A stretch of DNA of 64,000 nt from Octopus sinensis (taxonomy: Eukaryota). The stretch spans positions 164,672,001 through 164,736,000 of the forward strand of contig NC_042997.1 of assembly GCF_006345805.1 (NCBI RefSeq), given 5' to 3'. Below the pieces are notes generated by a model. That model searched no databases, had not been told where the DNA came from, and saw nothing but the letters and a program-made list of their open reading frames with translations. Every line of letters starts with the position of its first letter. Position 1 is the first letter of the stretch. A program made the position numbers and the translations under genes. This document shows positions 9,401-24,530 of the stretch, piece by piece.

Positions 9401-9864
9401 TATGAAAATAGCAGAGGAGCCACCCTGATATCGTACCATATCATAAAAAAAAACAACAGGACTCAATGAACAATGTAGTAATAACTATTCAAAATAATGG
9501 GGTGGTCATGGCTAGAATGCCTTTACAAGAGAACAAATCGATTAGAACAAACCTGTAGTTAAGCAACAATAACAACAACAACTACAGCAGTGCCGGATTT
9601 AGGCACAGGCTAAACGAGTATACAATGTACTGGCGCCGTTGATTCGACGCTCACTTATTTGACCTCTGACATCTTACTGCTTCTCTCGTTCCGTTTCTAT
9701 CTCTCTGTTTAAGCGTATGAGCATATTTCTCTTAATGTGTATGAAAAGAGGGTAAATGTTTATATAAATCATATTGAATAAATAAATTGTAATTTCTCTC
9801 TCTCTTTCTCTCGCTCTCTCCCTCTCTCTTTCTGTGTATGTATATATTTCTGCACGCACGCGCT

Positions 9865-9950
9865 TGCTTCCTGTACCAAAGAAGTACTGTCAACCCGTGT
9901 CCAATCAACCGCGCTAAATCTCCAGCGTCCAATCAGCTGCGGCCAATCGC
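9865..9950 (+). promoter_or_regulatory. Candidate promoter: three CCAAT boxes plus a CTTCCTG ETS-like site in a CpG-containing patch
   Basis: CCAAT at 9901, 9929 and 9943 (ggccaatcg is a good NF-Y match). Confidence 0.3.
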
Positions 9951-10389
9951 CTCACTCCGATCTAAATAAGCTACAACTTAAAGTCTCAATAAGTTATACA
10001 TGTTTTCAGCTTTGGTGGGGGCCATTTAGTGTATTTTTTTTAACAGGAAGCCACCAAGCTTTATAGACCTTATGGCCTCTCCGAGTCTATAATTGACAAT
10101 GGATAAAAAAAGTAAACTCCAGCATTTCCTGGTTCTCCAACCAATCATTTACGGAATAAGGTATCCAGTTATATTCTTCAACGGGATGGCGTCAATATCT
10201 TATCAAAACCAAAACTTAAGATATTTCCAATCTTTGTCAAACAGATTTTTAGTTTCTCACAAGGAAATAAAAAGAACCTAAAAAAACTCCACCAAAAAAA
10301 AAAAAAACATCGCAATTGTTTTACTAATTTACTCATCAGTAGAAAAAAAAGAGGAACAGAACCTATCAACGTCGAAAGCTCTGCCAGAT

Positions 10390-10600
10390 CGGGTGAGATT
10401 GATGTAATTGACGGTCAGTCTGAACAATTGTAGATTGATCGATGTCTGTAAGAAGTAGGGATGGGGTGGGTGGGTGGGTGGGGGTAGAAAATGTGAACAG
10501 TTTGAGAGAATTTCAGAGAACCCTGCAGCTCTGGGAAGGAAATGATTGAGGATAGTGTTTAAGTGCACTGAACTACCCAAACCACCAGACAACATCCATG
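10390..10600 (-). mobile_element. CR1-clade ORF2 3' end relic (approx.)
   Basis: Minus strand HFLPRAAG...TSINLQLFRLTVNYINL resembles the CR1 C-terminus SFFPRT...NLQxFKxxVN. Confidence 0.5.
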
Positions 10601-10777
10601 GCGGAAACACCACCATCACCAAGAAAATCACTATGACCACACATCACCACCACCACCAACAGCACCACCACCACCGTCAACAACAACAACAAATAACTCA
10701 TTCGTCACAGATAATGACCAGTTTCTGTCTCTAGTTTCTGGCATGTTTTTTTTTGTTCGGCATTATTACACAAATCA

Positions 10778-10828
<51 letters not shown>

Positions 10829-11614
10829 CTCTCTCTCTCAATGCAACAAGGCAAAAGAAAGAGAACTACGTGACCGCTCTTACTCATTCATATATAGTCG
10901 TTATACAAAGTTCTCTTTGCTATGATAATTAATAAAACGGTAAGAGTAACTATTACTAAAGCTACGAGGAACAATGGATTGGCAGTATCGTTAGAATATC
11001 GGAAAAAGACCCCCTCTATTTGTTCTGGCTCTTAACGTTTAAATTCCGCCAATGTCGATTTTACCTTTTATCCCCCAATAGTCGACAAAATAAAGTACAA
11101 GGTAAGAAAGTACAATCAGCTAATCCTCACTTCCAAATTTCAGGTCTTTTGTCTATGTTGGAGACAGTTACTAGCTCTACTGGTTGCTATGGTCTTTGAT
11201 CAAACAGACCTATGACCAAAAGTGTCCCCACAGTGACCATTCCGTCATTTCTTATATCTGTGACAACATTATCCCAATTAACCTGGGTAGCAACATCTAC
11301 GGTCTACTATACTGAAACTAAGAAATACAGTAGTAAACAATCGGCAAGTTTTAAATTAAAGGATAAGAGAAGCAAAAATTGACGTGTATTCAAAACCCTG
11401 GGATTTGAACTCCTGGTTATGTTAATGTTAGAAACCAACACGTTCTGGTGTTGATTTCTAAAGACACGACCATGAGTTCAAATTCTGCCGAGGCTAACTT
11501 TGTCGTTTATCCTTCTGAAGTCGATGGTATCGACTAACTCCCTCGCTCCAAAAGGCGAAGTCGAATTCGGTGGAATTTGAACTTAGAACGTGAAGACGAC
11601 CAAAATGTTGCTAA

Positions 11615-11978
11615 GCCGAACCACATGGTTCCGGGTTCATTCCCACTGCGTGGCATCTTGGGCAAGTGTCTTCTACTATAGCCTCGGGCGGGCCAAAGCC
11701 TTGTGAGTGAATTTGGTAGACGGAAACTGAAAGAAGCCCGTCGTATATATGTATATGTATGTATGTGTATATGTTTGTGTGTCTCTGTCCCCCCCCCCCC
11801 AAATCGCTTGACAACCGATAGTGGTGTGTTTACGTCCCCGTCACTTAGCGGTTCGGCAAAAGAGACCGATAGAATAAATACTAGGCTTACAAAGAATAAG
11901 TCCTGGGGTCGATTTGCTCGACTAAAGGCGGTGCTCCAACATCGCCGCAGTCAAATGACTGAAAGAAGTAAAAGAGTA
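11615..11978 (+). mobile_element. tRNA-derived SINE, family B (head gcaggagtggctgtgtggtaag; OR-like), 5'-truncated; other copies near 16090-16250, 30815-31215, 42030-42660 and 55580-55745
   Basis: ccacatggttccgggttca..cccactgcgtggcatcttgggcaagtgtcttc...gactgaaagaagtaaaagag. Confidence 0.85.
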
Positions 11979-12329
11979 AGCATTTTACCCGGTGTGCTAA
12001 CGAGTCTGCCAGCTCGCCGGCTTCTTTTGAGCCTCTATTAAAAACAATTAACACACAACCATAATCGTTTCATTTTCAGGAGAGGAATTATCGATTAAAT
12101 CAAGTTCTTGACTGGTTGGTGTTATGGAGTTGATCGATTCCCAGGAAAAGAAACAGCAAAGTCAAACTCGGTGGGATTTGAACTAAGAACTTAAAACGCT
12201 ATAACTAAAATAGGTAAAATAGTATTTTTCAGCTGCTCGAGTCATTCTGTCAATCTGGTGCCTATAGAGACAATTCATAAACTCAATCCTAGCAAGATTG
12301 GAGGATTCATAATGATAAAAAAAGGGGTA

Positions 12330-12666
12330 AAGACCCCCTTCGGTCATGAATGACCATGGGATTGCACCTAGAAAGTTACCCTCCTAGACACAAGTCCGGG
12401 CAAGGTTGTTTATGGAAGACCAGCAGTCGCCCATGCATACCAGCCTCCCCTCTCCACGCCACCAGTGTTATCCAAGGGAAAGACAAAGGTCGATACAGCT
12501 TGGCACCAGTGATGTTGCAACTCATTTCTACAGCTGAGTGAACTGGAGCAACGTGAAAATAAAGTGCCTTGCTCAAGAACACAACACGCAGCCCAGTCCG
12601 GGATTCGAGCTCACCACCTCACGATCGTAAGCTCGACGCTCTAACCACTGAGCCATGCGCCTTCAC
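12330..12666 (-). mobile_element. SINE family C, full length
   Basis: Same sequence as 8497-8829; TSD-like gattcataatgata on both sides. Confidence 0.85.
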
Positions 12667-14559
12667 ATAGATTCATAATGATAGAAGTACTAAATTAACG
12701 CGAAACAAAATAAAGGAAGGTAATATTAAAGCAGTCATTGCCCATTATCTTTAGATCTTTACAGAGGGAGATGATCATTATTTATTGGGAATTCTAATAT
12801 TTCAGTAGGTTACATAGTTATATCTATGATATATCTATCAATATACATAATGATAAGTATATTATAATTATAACTATGATATCTTATAACAATTCTGCTT
12901 GTCACTCCGTTACTTAGCCAGTCCGTAACATTTCCACGTGATTAGTTGAAGGGGAAGGGAGGGGAATGGGAGGGATAGGTGGTGGAGGTGAGGGAAATAT
13001 GTAATTTTATTTGAACTGTTTTATTCATTTGCCCGTCTATAACGCTCTCACGTGATTAGTTGAAGGGAAAGGCGAAGAGCAAAAGAAAAAGGAGAGAGAA
13101 AAAGAGGGTGAAACGAAGAGTGAGAGAGAAAAAGGAAGAGTGTTGTGTATCAAGTCTATAAAATTGGGCATAAAGTATATAAGGTATGTATATATAAAGT
13201 GCATTAAGAAATCATCGTATTCCAATTTCTTTCACTTTTCAATGATTAGCAGATGAGTGACTCTCTTTTGACACAGTCACAACAGAGGCTACGCTTTCAG
13301 TCCTTGTTTTTGGATAATGTTTCAGAAATAAGCCAATAAGTTTGCCATTAATTCTGTAAAATATTCACAGGTCCTGCTAGTATCTATCAATATACATATT
13401 ACATTTACATTTGTATTTATGCAACTTCTATTGTAAATGGTGAAGTATATCGTCATTGTTTACGGATTCTCAACGAGTCCATCAATAAATCTCGGGCTTT
13501 TCGGCGTTTCTCGACATCATTAATTGATGTAGCTGGTGCACCTCATAAGTGGACAGCTGCTATTTAGCCTTGGCTTTCTCTCGCGGACATGTGCACGCAC
13601 ACACACACAACTCTGTCACACACACATAGATCTATCTATCTATCTATCTATCTATCTAAGTATATGTGTTATATATATATAATATATACACGCTAACAGC
13701 GAACAGTGAGAATGAGTGCTCAACACCGTATTAGTGGTTAAATATTCCTTAATCATGGGTTAACCAGGCTACTATTGGTTTAATGTCCAGAGAAATCCCT
13801 GAACAATTATCATGACTGTACGTGGAAACGTAGGAAGTCGTTTCCATCGTAGATGAAAATACACGAAGGGACACGAGTCTGAGATTTTAAAATAAATAAA
13901 TATACAGGTCATTGGAGAGCTAATGCAAGGGAGACAAATATTAGAATTTTCTTGTGAGTTGTCTCCCATAATCTGTATATTGGTCCCAAACCCCATGTAC
14001 TCTTGTGAAGTGTCGTGTATTCTCATCCAAGATAGAGACGAGAACTAACGTTTCCACATGATAGGCCTGATAATTGCTGAAAGATTTCCCTCGGCATAGA
14101 ACCGATTGTAGCCTTGTTAAGCTACAGTTAATATATAAATGAAATATATATACGAAATTATTGGCCCCTGAGTCAATTTGTCACTTTTACTGGAAAAGAG
14201 GTAAGTTTTGGCGAAAGGATTAGAATCCAGCCGCAGGAAATCAGCGTCAACAAATTTTGTCTGACCCATACAAAAATGGAAAAGTGGATGTTAAGTTATC
14301 TTAATATACAGACACACATACATATGTTTAAATGTGTGTCTGTATACATACGAACACATATGAGTATAGGATGTATATACATACATACGAACACCCCAAT
14401 CACACACAAAATAGTTAAAATGCGACACAGGAGGACGACAAAGGAATACGTAGAAAAACAGGGAAAACACACAATAGACACGGACACATTTACATCCTCC
14501 TTATCGTTCAAATATCATCACAATTTCGACAGCAGAAACAGTGCCCATGTCCTTTGCAG

Positions 14560-15300
14560 TGCTTCGTAGACAAGTGAGATTAATGCTCCTATTGAATCTT
14601 CGCATGCCATCACCGGCGGGAAAAACATGAGCAAGGGGAGAACATCAGAGACGTGACATTCTGGGCGGTAGGTAGGGATTAATGCGAACCTATACGGCTG
14701 GATACAAGGGTGATGAGAAGAAAATACAAAAAATGCTTTAGGAAATACCGAGTGGCGGTGGCATGAACTCTAGCAGCTCCAAGGTGTTGATGAAATTGTA
14801 ATAATGGTAGATAAAGTAGATAGAGGAGTCGGCGCACCTGGGGCATAGCTGAGAATGAGTTTATTGTGAGCTCTTGGATGGTCTGCGTTTAGACGCAGTC
14901 TACGATGTCTGTGTGTGCAGTCAGCAGCAGCAACGGCGGAGGCAGAAGTAGCAGTGGCAGAGGCAGCAGCAGCAGTGGCGGAGGCAACAGCAACGGTAGC
15001 GGCAGTAGCAGCAGTGGAGGGGGCAACAGCAGCATCTCCATTTCGGATGTGAGAACACTACTCTCCTATGAATCTCTCGTGAGTTCATTGTTGAGAGCTG
15101 AAGAGCTTTCCAGTTCGTTGGGATGCAGTCCTAGCTGTGTTAACGATGTTCTTTCTGTAGGAGAGATCCTTAGTGATACTGGGGCCCAACATTGGGCGCG
15201 ACTGTGAGGGATATAGGTGCGTGCTGCTGATGTTTAGGGGTACTGATGTTTTGAGGTACAATGTCGTTTTATTGAACTGAATAGGTTTTGGGTTTTGCAT
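14560..15300 (-). mobile_element. CR1-clade LINE 3' relic, interrupted by an AGC/GGC simple repeat at about 14920-15040
   Basis: LGPSITKDLSYRKNIVNTARTASQRTGKLF (15085-15300) and PRMSRL*CSPLAHVFP...FNRSINL near 14570-14670. Confidence 0.7.
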
Positions 15301-16840
15301 TTGAAAGAGAGAAGATTGGCAAGACCCCCATTTGGCACTGATCGACAGTCGATTAAATTGATCCTAGTACCTCATTGGTTCTTCAGTTTATCAACTCTAG
15401 AAGGTTGAAAGGCAAAACTGAGCCCGGCAAGATTTGAACTCACAACGTAAAAAGCCGAAACAAATACTGCAAGACTTTTTGTCCGACTCTCTACTGATTC
15501 GGCTAATCCACGTTCCTACAACAATAGTCTGTAATTTAGACACAAGGAAAGATATTAATTGATAAACATCGACCCCATTACTTGATCGGTATTTAATCTT
15601 ATAGCGTAAAAAGTCGCAATGCATTTTGTTCGGCTCTAATGATTCTTCCAACTCACTGATAATGAAGTAAACTCAAGGATCCGAAGAAACAAATTGTTGT
15701 TTGAATCGACAATTAATGAGAATAAACGGTTTCAATCCTCTCTAATATATCACTGGTACTTATCGATACATATATGAATGCGTGCGTGTGCGTGTGTGTA
15801 TATGTAAGTCTTTCCTTCTTTATATCTATTAGAATTCTTTCTCGAATGAAGGAACTGGTTTCTAACAGAAACGGAAGCTTCATCATTTGAATCCAGATAA
15901 CAATAACGATGACTGTTACATATCGAACTTTAAATAAGTCTCGCATATTTTTACTGCTCCGCTAATGACAGATTGTATCTGTAAAGTTCGCGTTAGTCTG
16001 TCTGTTTCCTTGCCCGAAAATCCTTGTTGTGGCTTAGGTATTTAGTAACATAACCTATTTTTATTTCCGAAACACAAAACACACACACATTCGATGAGTT
16101 TCTGTCAGTTTGCTCCAACCACATCCATTCATAAGGCTTTGGTCGTCCCGGGGGCTTATAGTAGAAAACACTTGAGCAAAGTGCTGCGCAGTGAGACTAC
16201 TTGGAACCATGTAGTTGGGAGGCAAACGTCTTATCACACAGCTACAACGGCGCCTATAAACTCGACTCGAGTCACCATGCGGAAACCCGGGATTGAACGT
16301 TTTCCCAACTGAGCTATTGTACTTATTGAATTTGATTCTTTCCATCACTTTGTTTTCCTTCTTTTGCTTAGTTGTCTTGGTACTAAGTGAAATGACGTCT
16401 AAATTGTTGTCCACGTGATATATAAATAGCCTCAATGAAATAGAGGAAGGAAAACGAAAGTGGAATTATGAAAACAGAAAGGAAAAGAAAGCGTGTTCAT
16501 TATTGATGACCGGTTGTGATGGCTATGGTGGTGGAAGGGAGAAAAGGACGGAAATGACTAACTTAAATGAATAACTGAGTAAATAAATAAATGAAAATAA
16601 TAAAATAAAATAAATAGATGACCATACGAATGAATCTACCTATCGACCTTACACCTATCTCATTCAACTCTTCTTCACACACACATACACACACTTCTTC
16701 ACAACATCCTACTTTCACTTTCTCGGTCTTCCTCCATTCTCTTTACCTTCATCTTCTATTTATAGCTCTGCCCCTCCCACCACTCTACTTAACACATACA
16801 CACACATCATTTTCTCACAACCTATCCTTCTTTCTTTCTT

Positions 16841-16881
<41 letters not shown>

Positions 16882-16984
16882 CTCCTAAATCTTGGTTACT
16901 CTTTTAGCCTGGCTACACTGAAACGTTATTGATTTCACTGCTTCAGTATTTGTTATACCGAAAAACACCAGTCAACAATAGACA

Positions 16985-17023
<39 letters not shown>

Positions 17024-18537
17024 AACTAATTAATGATGTTTCTGAAGGATGGATTAGAAACAGCAAGAGCACAACTCTCTTTAGTCGTTACTTACTTTCA
17101 ATTCTATTTTGTTCAGTTAATCTTTTCTAGTGAAAACAGATTTTGTGTGTGCGTGTGTGTGTGTGTGATCATGTGTAAGAAGTGGTTGCTGTTGTTGTTG
17201 TTGTTTAGGGTAAAATGAGGAATCCGAGGGAAACTGGCGATGGCCTGTATCAGCGATAAGCTTTCATGACCGTAAATGGTGAGGAGTTATTAGTTTCCAG
17301 ATCATGCCATTCGTGTGCTTTAAGGAGAAAGAGAGAGAGAGAGAGGGGGGGGAGGGAAAGGCATGGGGAAGAGAACAGGGAGAGAGAAGTGCTGTCGTTT
17401 TGACTGTAAGCTACTAAAATGGCTAAGTTTAGCCTCGGGTCAGGCTTCGACTGAGCACATGTGTGAATGATGAAAGACGTTCCAACTTTAATCACCTTGT
17501 TTCTGAATGTCTACGTAAGATTGCGTTACCTATGTGTCCTTCCTTTTTCTAGAAAGACAAAAGGTTGTGATCTAAGAGATATTTGGCTGTCATTTCTAGC
17601 AGAGTGAGAAACCACATACGGGTTCTCTCATAGCTTGTAGAGCATGGTAGCCTTTGAAACTTTGCTCGGATTACAATACCCTGCAAGATAACTGTTTTGT
17701 TTTTGGATGAAACACAAATTATCCTCATTCCTAAGATTAAACATTAGCATAAATCGTAAGTCTAACTTCGAACTTGAAACTAGCAGTATAAATAAGGTGG
17801 TTATATAGAGTGTTAGTATATAATTATTTTGCTATGGAAAATCTAATTGACATTAAAATAATATTACATATTAAATAGGCTTCGAGTTTGAAGGAAAGAA
17901 TATTCAAAATACCATTCAATGCAGAAAGGGAGCACAACGTTCTATAAACCTCATTGTCTTTCATACAAGTGATTGTGTATAACGAGTGCGCACATACAAA
18001 TGAGTCTGTACGTTGTGTGCATTTATACAAGTGGATCCGTGATGTATACATCTATAAATATGAGAGCGAGTGGTTATATCATTATCTGTTATGATGTGTT
18101 TATTTTATGAAAGTTAAGATGTGATGTAAGTAGTTCGTAGTAGAAAGTTCTTATTGCAGGAGTAGCAACTGCGAAAAATGTTTTGCAGTATTTAATTATA
18201 TTATTTTTACTTTTGGAGTTCAGAAGATGTAAGGGTTACTTTATTTATTTATTTTATTTATATATTCTTGCTGGGTCTGGTAGAAAGAGATCGTGCTCGT
18301 GACTTTCGCAGGCCTTCCATAACCGATAAGACTGATACCATTTATGTTTCTCTAGAACTAATGCAAGTCAACACCTGCGGAAAAGATACGATCAGGTAGA
18401 GAATCATAGAGAAGCGACATTCTAGAAATGTCATCTCACGTCTATAAAATAAGTATCCGTCAATCCAATTTCCAGACGAGCAACATTCTAGGATGGAAGG
18501 AGGTAGGAAAAAAAAATGGACGAAAGGATAGGATGTA

Positions 18538-19150
18538 GCACTTACTTAAACCCTTCGTTCCATACGAAACATAAGATGCCGACGACTTTTCTCCGCTGTT
18601 TTCAACTCTCGGGTGTCTTTTCAGCTTCTCACCAGTTCGATTCCTTGCTTCTTCAGCACTGCCTATGAAGGACTTTCCCTCCCAGGTCTTGTTGGTTTTG
18701 AGTTATCATTTATGCTTCTGTAAGCTTTGCTGTTTTCTAGGTGTGTTGGTCCTCTGGGAAGAAGTAGACCATATTTGTCTGGCCTTCATCTTTTAACCTA
18801 CCTAGCAGGGGGAGTGCTCTACTTAGAGTTTTCTCTGCTGGCGTAGCTCTTGGAGTCATTGGCGCACATAAGACACCATACCGCAAGAAGTACGGGACCC
18901 TGTTGTAAAATGGGTGTAGTAATTAGTACAGAAGTTTTTGAGGTGTTTGGTCACAACAAGGGTTATGAAAGAGCGGAGACGAGTAGTCCGGAAAGCTTGA
19001 GTAGAAGTGCCATGAGCCTCCCTTCCATCAGGCGGTAGAAAAAGCAGTAGAAAAGACAGACAGAAGAGACAGTACAATTGCAGACCAGACGTTGGATCTA
19101 ATGAATCAGGCTGCTCTTTTCAGCAAGGCGTGCAGAGTGTGTTCTTTACT
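18538..19150 (-). mobile_element. Internally deleted RTE-clade retroelement relic (approx.)
   Basis: The minus strand ends cttatgtttcgtatggaacgaagggtttaagtaagt (RTE-like 3' end with TAAG tail); upstream ccccctgctaggtaggttaaaagatg resembles RTE 5' regions. Family assignment is from recall. Confidence 0.5.
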
Positions 19151-19522
19151 TCCATGGGTCTATCTAAAAAGGACCCATCCTATACTTGGGTTAATCCAAT
19201 AAATCTACATTCTCTCGTATAAATTCATGGCTTATGATAAATACAGCAATTGAAATTGAGCTGTGAAAGTATTTAAAAGGTTCCAGCACAAGACATTTGG
19301 TCTCTGGTCAAGCTTTGGTCAGCTTTCGTCAAGTATAACTCCAATTCTTCTAAGTGTTATTGTTTTTGAATTTTTGTTAAGGCATTGCCCCGCGCGCTCA
19401 ATCCGAGACGTCGAAAGCAATAACAAAATTTTTCTATCATCCTTGCAAATACACAATTTATTGACAAATTTTATTCAAAACATTCCATTTTGGTAATTTT
19501 ATTTCAAATTTCTAAAAGCATC

Positions 19523-19651
19523 CGCAAGGAAAGTATGTATGTATGTATGTATGTATGTATGTATGTATGTATGTATGTATGTATGTATGTATGTATGTAT
19601 GAATGTATGTATGGATGTATGTATGTATGGATGGATGGATAGATAGACAGC

Positions 19652-19690
<39 letters not shown>
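19523..19690. repeat. (TATG)n/(TA)n microsatellite
   Basis: Directly visible. Confidence 0.95.
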
Positions 19691-19692
<2 letters not shown>

Positions 19693-20409
19693 CATACACG
19701 ACAGAGGTTGAAATAGTATGGATGCGTTTTCGTTTCTTTCTCTTTGGTTTTATATATAGAAATATACATGTGTACATATACATATACATGTACATATATG
19801 TACATATACATATTAAATAATACATGAATTTAAATATACATCAATATAATATATACATATATACATGTATTTATATATTCATACACACACACACATGCGC
19901 ATACACACACACACACAAAGAAGATATATTTCATGTGTTTCGCATTTTACTATTCTAGTCTGCAGTATCATCAATTATTTTATGCGAACCTCATATATAA
20001 AAGAGTTCAGTGCAAATTGAATTTTGAAAAAAAAAAAAAAAGAAAAAAAATGATTCAGGAAGACCTTTCCAATTTAAGAAAGAAAAAAAAAACCCTCTAC
20101 AAATTAGATCTTCTGATAGATAACTCTGTCTACTCAGTTACATATTCCCATACACACCACGAGACACGAGTCATTTGGACAAACACACTTCAGGTAAAAA
20201 GAAGGAGCATTAGTGCAGTCATACAATATGCTAGAAATAGCAACCAAATTACGTCAATCACAAGGTGAAGTCTTAAAAAAAATTTAAGAAATAAAAGATG
20301 GACTATGTTGGTTAAAATAGTTGTAGATATATGAAATAAAGTGTTGGTCATGAGTGGAATGACTTTCATTATTGGTTTGTTCAACTACTTGTAATCAGAG
20401 GCACTAAAC

Positions 20410-21620
<1,211 letters not shown>

Positions 21621-22102
21621 TACTTACCTACCTACCAATCAATCTACCCTTCTCTCTTTCTCTTCACACACATACACACACACACACGCACACACACGTT
21701 TCACTCTCTGTGAGTCAGAGTATGCATGTGTATGACTATATATTAAGACCAATACCACAATCGCAATGCGGTCTTTTATAACTGTTGCATTTTGCCCCAA
21801 CATCGTATTATTTCTGTAAAGGAATTTAAAAAAGAAAAAAGATCACATTTAATCAACCTATATATATACATACGCATAGACACACACAGACATATTCCCC
21901 CCCCCACACACACATATCGACAAAATTATTCTGAAACTGCAAATAAGGTTGCTTTTTCATCTTTTATTTAAACATATGTTCATATTTTATGCTACAGATA
22001 TAATTACTCTCACATCTAAATTGAAAATATTTTGGAAACCTAAACTTCAACAATTCTACAATTCTGCACTTAGCTAACTATATGCCTAGGTGATTGTGTA
22101 TG

Positions 22103-22159
<57 letters not shown>

Positions 22160-22455
22160 ATATACATACACACACACGTTTCTCTGTTCACGCACACACA
22201 AAGTGTGCTTAATGATATTCAGGCTTGGTTAGAATCTATTATTCTGACGAGATCACCTAGAGCGAAACACATGTCCATAATTGCCCTTTGCTTGCGAAAA
22301 ATTCCAGGCCGTCCCTTTCCTAAGTTTGTTGATTAACTTTAAAAATTTCTAAATTTATTGAAAATATCTACCTTCTTCTGTAAGTTAAGTTTAGTTCACA
22401 TCAATCGCTACTTTTTTTTTCACATGCATACGTACATACATATGATACACACAAA

Positions 22456-22518
<63 letters not shown>

Positions 22519-22984
22519 ATGAGTATGTATGTGTGTGCCTTTATGTATGCATGTATGTATGTATATATGGATACACGTGCGCACACACACACAATCACAC
22601 ACACTCTCTCACATACACACACACTTAGATAGCTAAGTGCATCTATGCATCTATATGTATATTCAATGCTGTTTTGTTGTGCTAGTTGATATTGTTAATA
22701 GTTTTAAAGTTTCGTTAAAATAAATGCATACAACAGTGTTTGATATTTGGAAATTTTCTTTAAAAGACGGAAAGGAAATGCAACCACGTGACATTTTCTT
22801 TTAAGTATATTCATTATTTTTTTTTTTTATGTATTTCGATCATATTTTCCAACTACGTGAACAATCAGCCTCTTTGAATTAGTGTAAAAGTGGCAGAGTA
22901 TTCTGTAGACATGTGTGTCCTTAACCAAGTTCCCAGGAGGAAATCAGCATGACATAGTATACCAAGACTGGATCTTTGAATTAC

Positions 22985-23645
22985 AGGCGGCGAGCTGGCA
23001 GAATCGTTAGCACGCCGGGCGAAATGCGTAGCCGTATTTCGTCTGCCGCTACGTTCTGAGTTCAAATTCGACTTAGCCTTTCATTCTTTCGGGGTCCATT
23101 AAATTAGTACCAGTTACGCACTGGGGTCTATGTAATCGACTTAATCCCTTTGTTTGTCCCTTCTATGTCTAGCCTCTTGTAGGCAATAAAGAAATAAGAA
23201 AAAATAAGTTCTGGTATCGATTCATTTGAAAGGCGGCGAGCTGGCAGAAACATTAGCACGTCGGGCGAAATGCTTAGCGGTATTTCGTCTGCGTTACGTT
23301 GTGAGTTCAAATTCCGCCGAGGTCGACTTTGCCTTTCATCCTTTCGGAGTCGATAAATTAAGTACCAGTTACGCACTGGGGTCGATGTAATCGACTTAAT
23401 ACCTATGTCTGTCCTTGTTTGTCCCCTCTGTGTTTAGCCCCTTGTGGGTAATAAAGAAATAGGTATTTCGGCTGCCTTACGTTGTGAGTTCAAATTCCGC
23501 CGAGGTCGACTTTGCCTTTCATCCTTTCGGGTTCTATAAATTAAGTACCAGTTACGCACTGGGGTCGATGTAATCGACTTAATCCGTTTGTCTGTCCTTG
23601 ATTGTCTCCTCTATGTTTAGCCCCTTGTGGGTAATAAAGAAATAG
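22985..23645 (+). mobile_element. Cluster of SINE family A copies, including a dimer (23231-23645)
   Basis: Repeated ggcggcgagctggcagaa heads and gagttcaaattccgccgagg bodies. Confidence 0.85.
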
Positions 23646-23739
23646 GTATAACCCATCCGACGGGCTTTCATGTAGTTTCCGCCTACCCAGTTTCACTAGA
23701 TTCACTCACAAAGTATGTGTCAACCTGAGACTATCAACT

Positions 23740-24030
23740 ACTGGCATTCCATCGGTTGCGACGACGAGGGTTCCAGTTGACCCAATCAACGAAACAACCT
23801 GCTCGTGAAATTAATGTGTAAGTGACTGATACTCCACAGACATACGTAGCTCTCAGGTAGATTCATTGTGCCACAGAATGGGACAAAGTTGACAGGTACT
23901 ACCCATCTTTGCCAGCTGAGTGGTCTGGAGCAACGTGAAATAAAGTGTTTTGTTCAAGAACATAACGTACCGTTAGGGATAGAACTCGCGACCTTATGAC
24001 CTTATGATCGTGAATACCCTAACCAGTTAG
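23740..24030 (-). mobile_element. tRNA-derived SINE, family D (approx.); a related element lies near 34920-35190
   Basis: tRNA-like head on the minus strand, the ttcacgttgctccag core shared with family C, and a different tail (ggcattccatcggttgcgacgacgagggttcc on the plus strand). Confidence 0.55.
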
Positions 24031-24530
24031 CCTCACGCCAACACCTAGCCAGAGACTACAGTAAAAAATACTTGCCTAAGTAAAAAAAAAACCACTTGCC
24101 TGTGGGATCGAACCAAAGATCTTGTGATTGAAAAGCGAACAACTTTACCATTTGGCAATACGACGTCTATCTCTAATGTATATTTACAACTAAAAGATTT
24201 GATGGATTGATAACATCTGCAGAATGTGTGAGAAAATGTTTTGCAGTATCTAGTTATAGCCCTTTACGTTCTATGTTCAAATTCCACCGATTTTAACTTT
24301 TTCTTTACACACTTACAAGATCGAAGAAGTTAAGTACCGATGTCATTTTTATCAACAATATTCTAAATTTGTGGCATTGAGCCAATGTGAGAAATCTATA
24401 AATGAAAAAGTATATTGGATGAATAAATAGAACAGAGGACAAGAATTGTCTCTTGAACTTTTTAGTAACGTTCATTTATCAGGTTGTATTAACAAAAATG
24501 GTTTGACTTCCGATTTTTAATACTTAAGAG

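Noticed and set aside
9589-9620. cagtgccggatttagg as a hAT terminus
   Set aside because: No matching opposite TIR or TSD could be found.
13505-13560. Minus-strand CTTATGA...GAAACGCC motif
   Set aside because: Core G5 is lost and there is no stem I or stem III pairing.
14905-15207. Ser/Gly-rich 100-aa ORF
   Set aside because: It is a trinucleotide repeat inside a minus-strand CR1 relic.
18541-18549. Minus-strand GTAAGT as a splice donor
   Set aside because: Better explained as the TAAG tail of the RTE-like element, and upstream frames contain stops.
23231-23645. Regularly repeated units as a CRISPR-like array
   Set aside because: Eukaryotic SINE multimers with no unique spacers and no cas genes.
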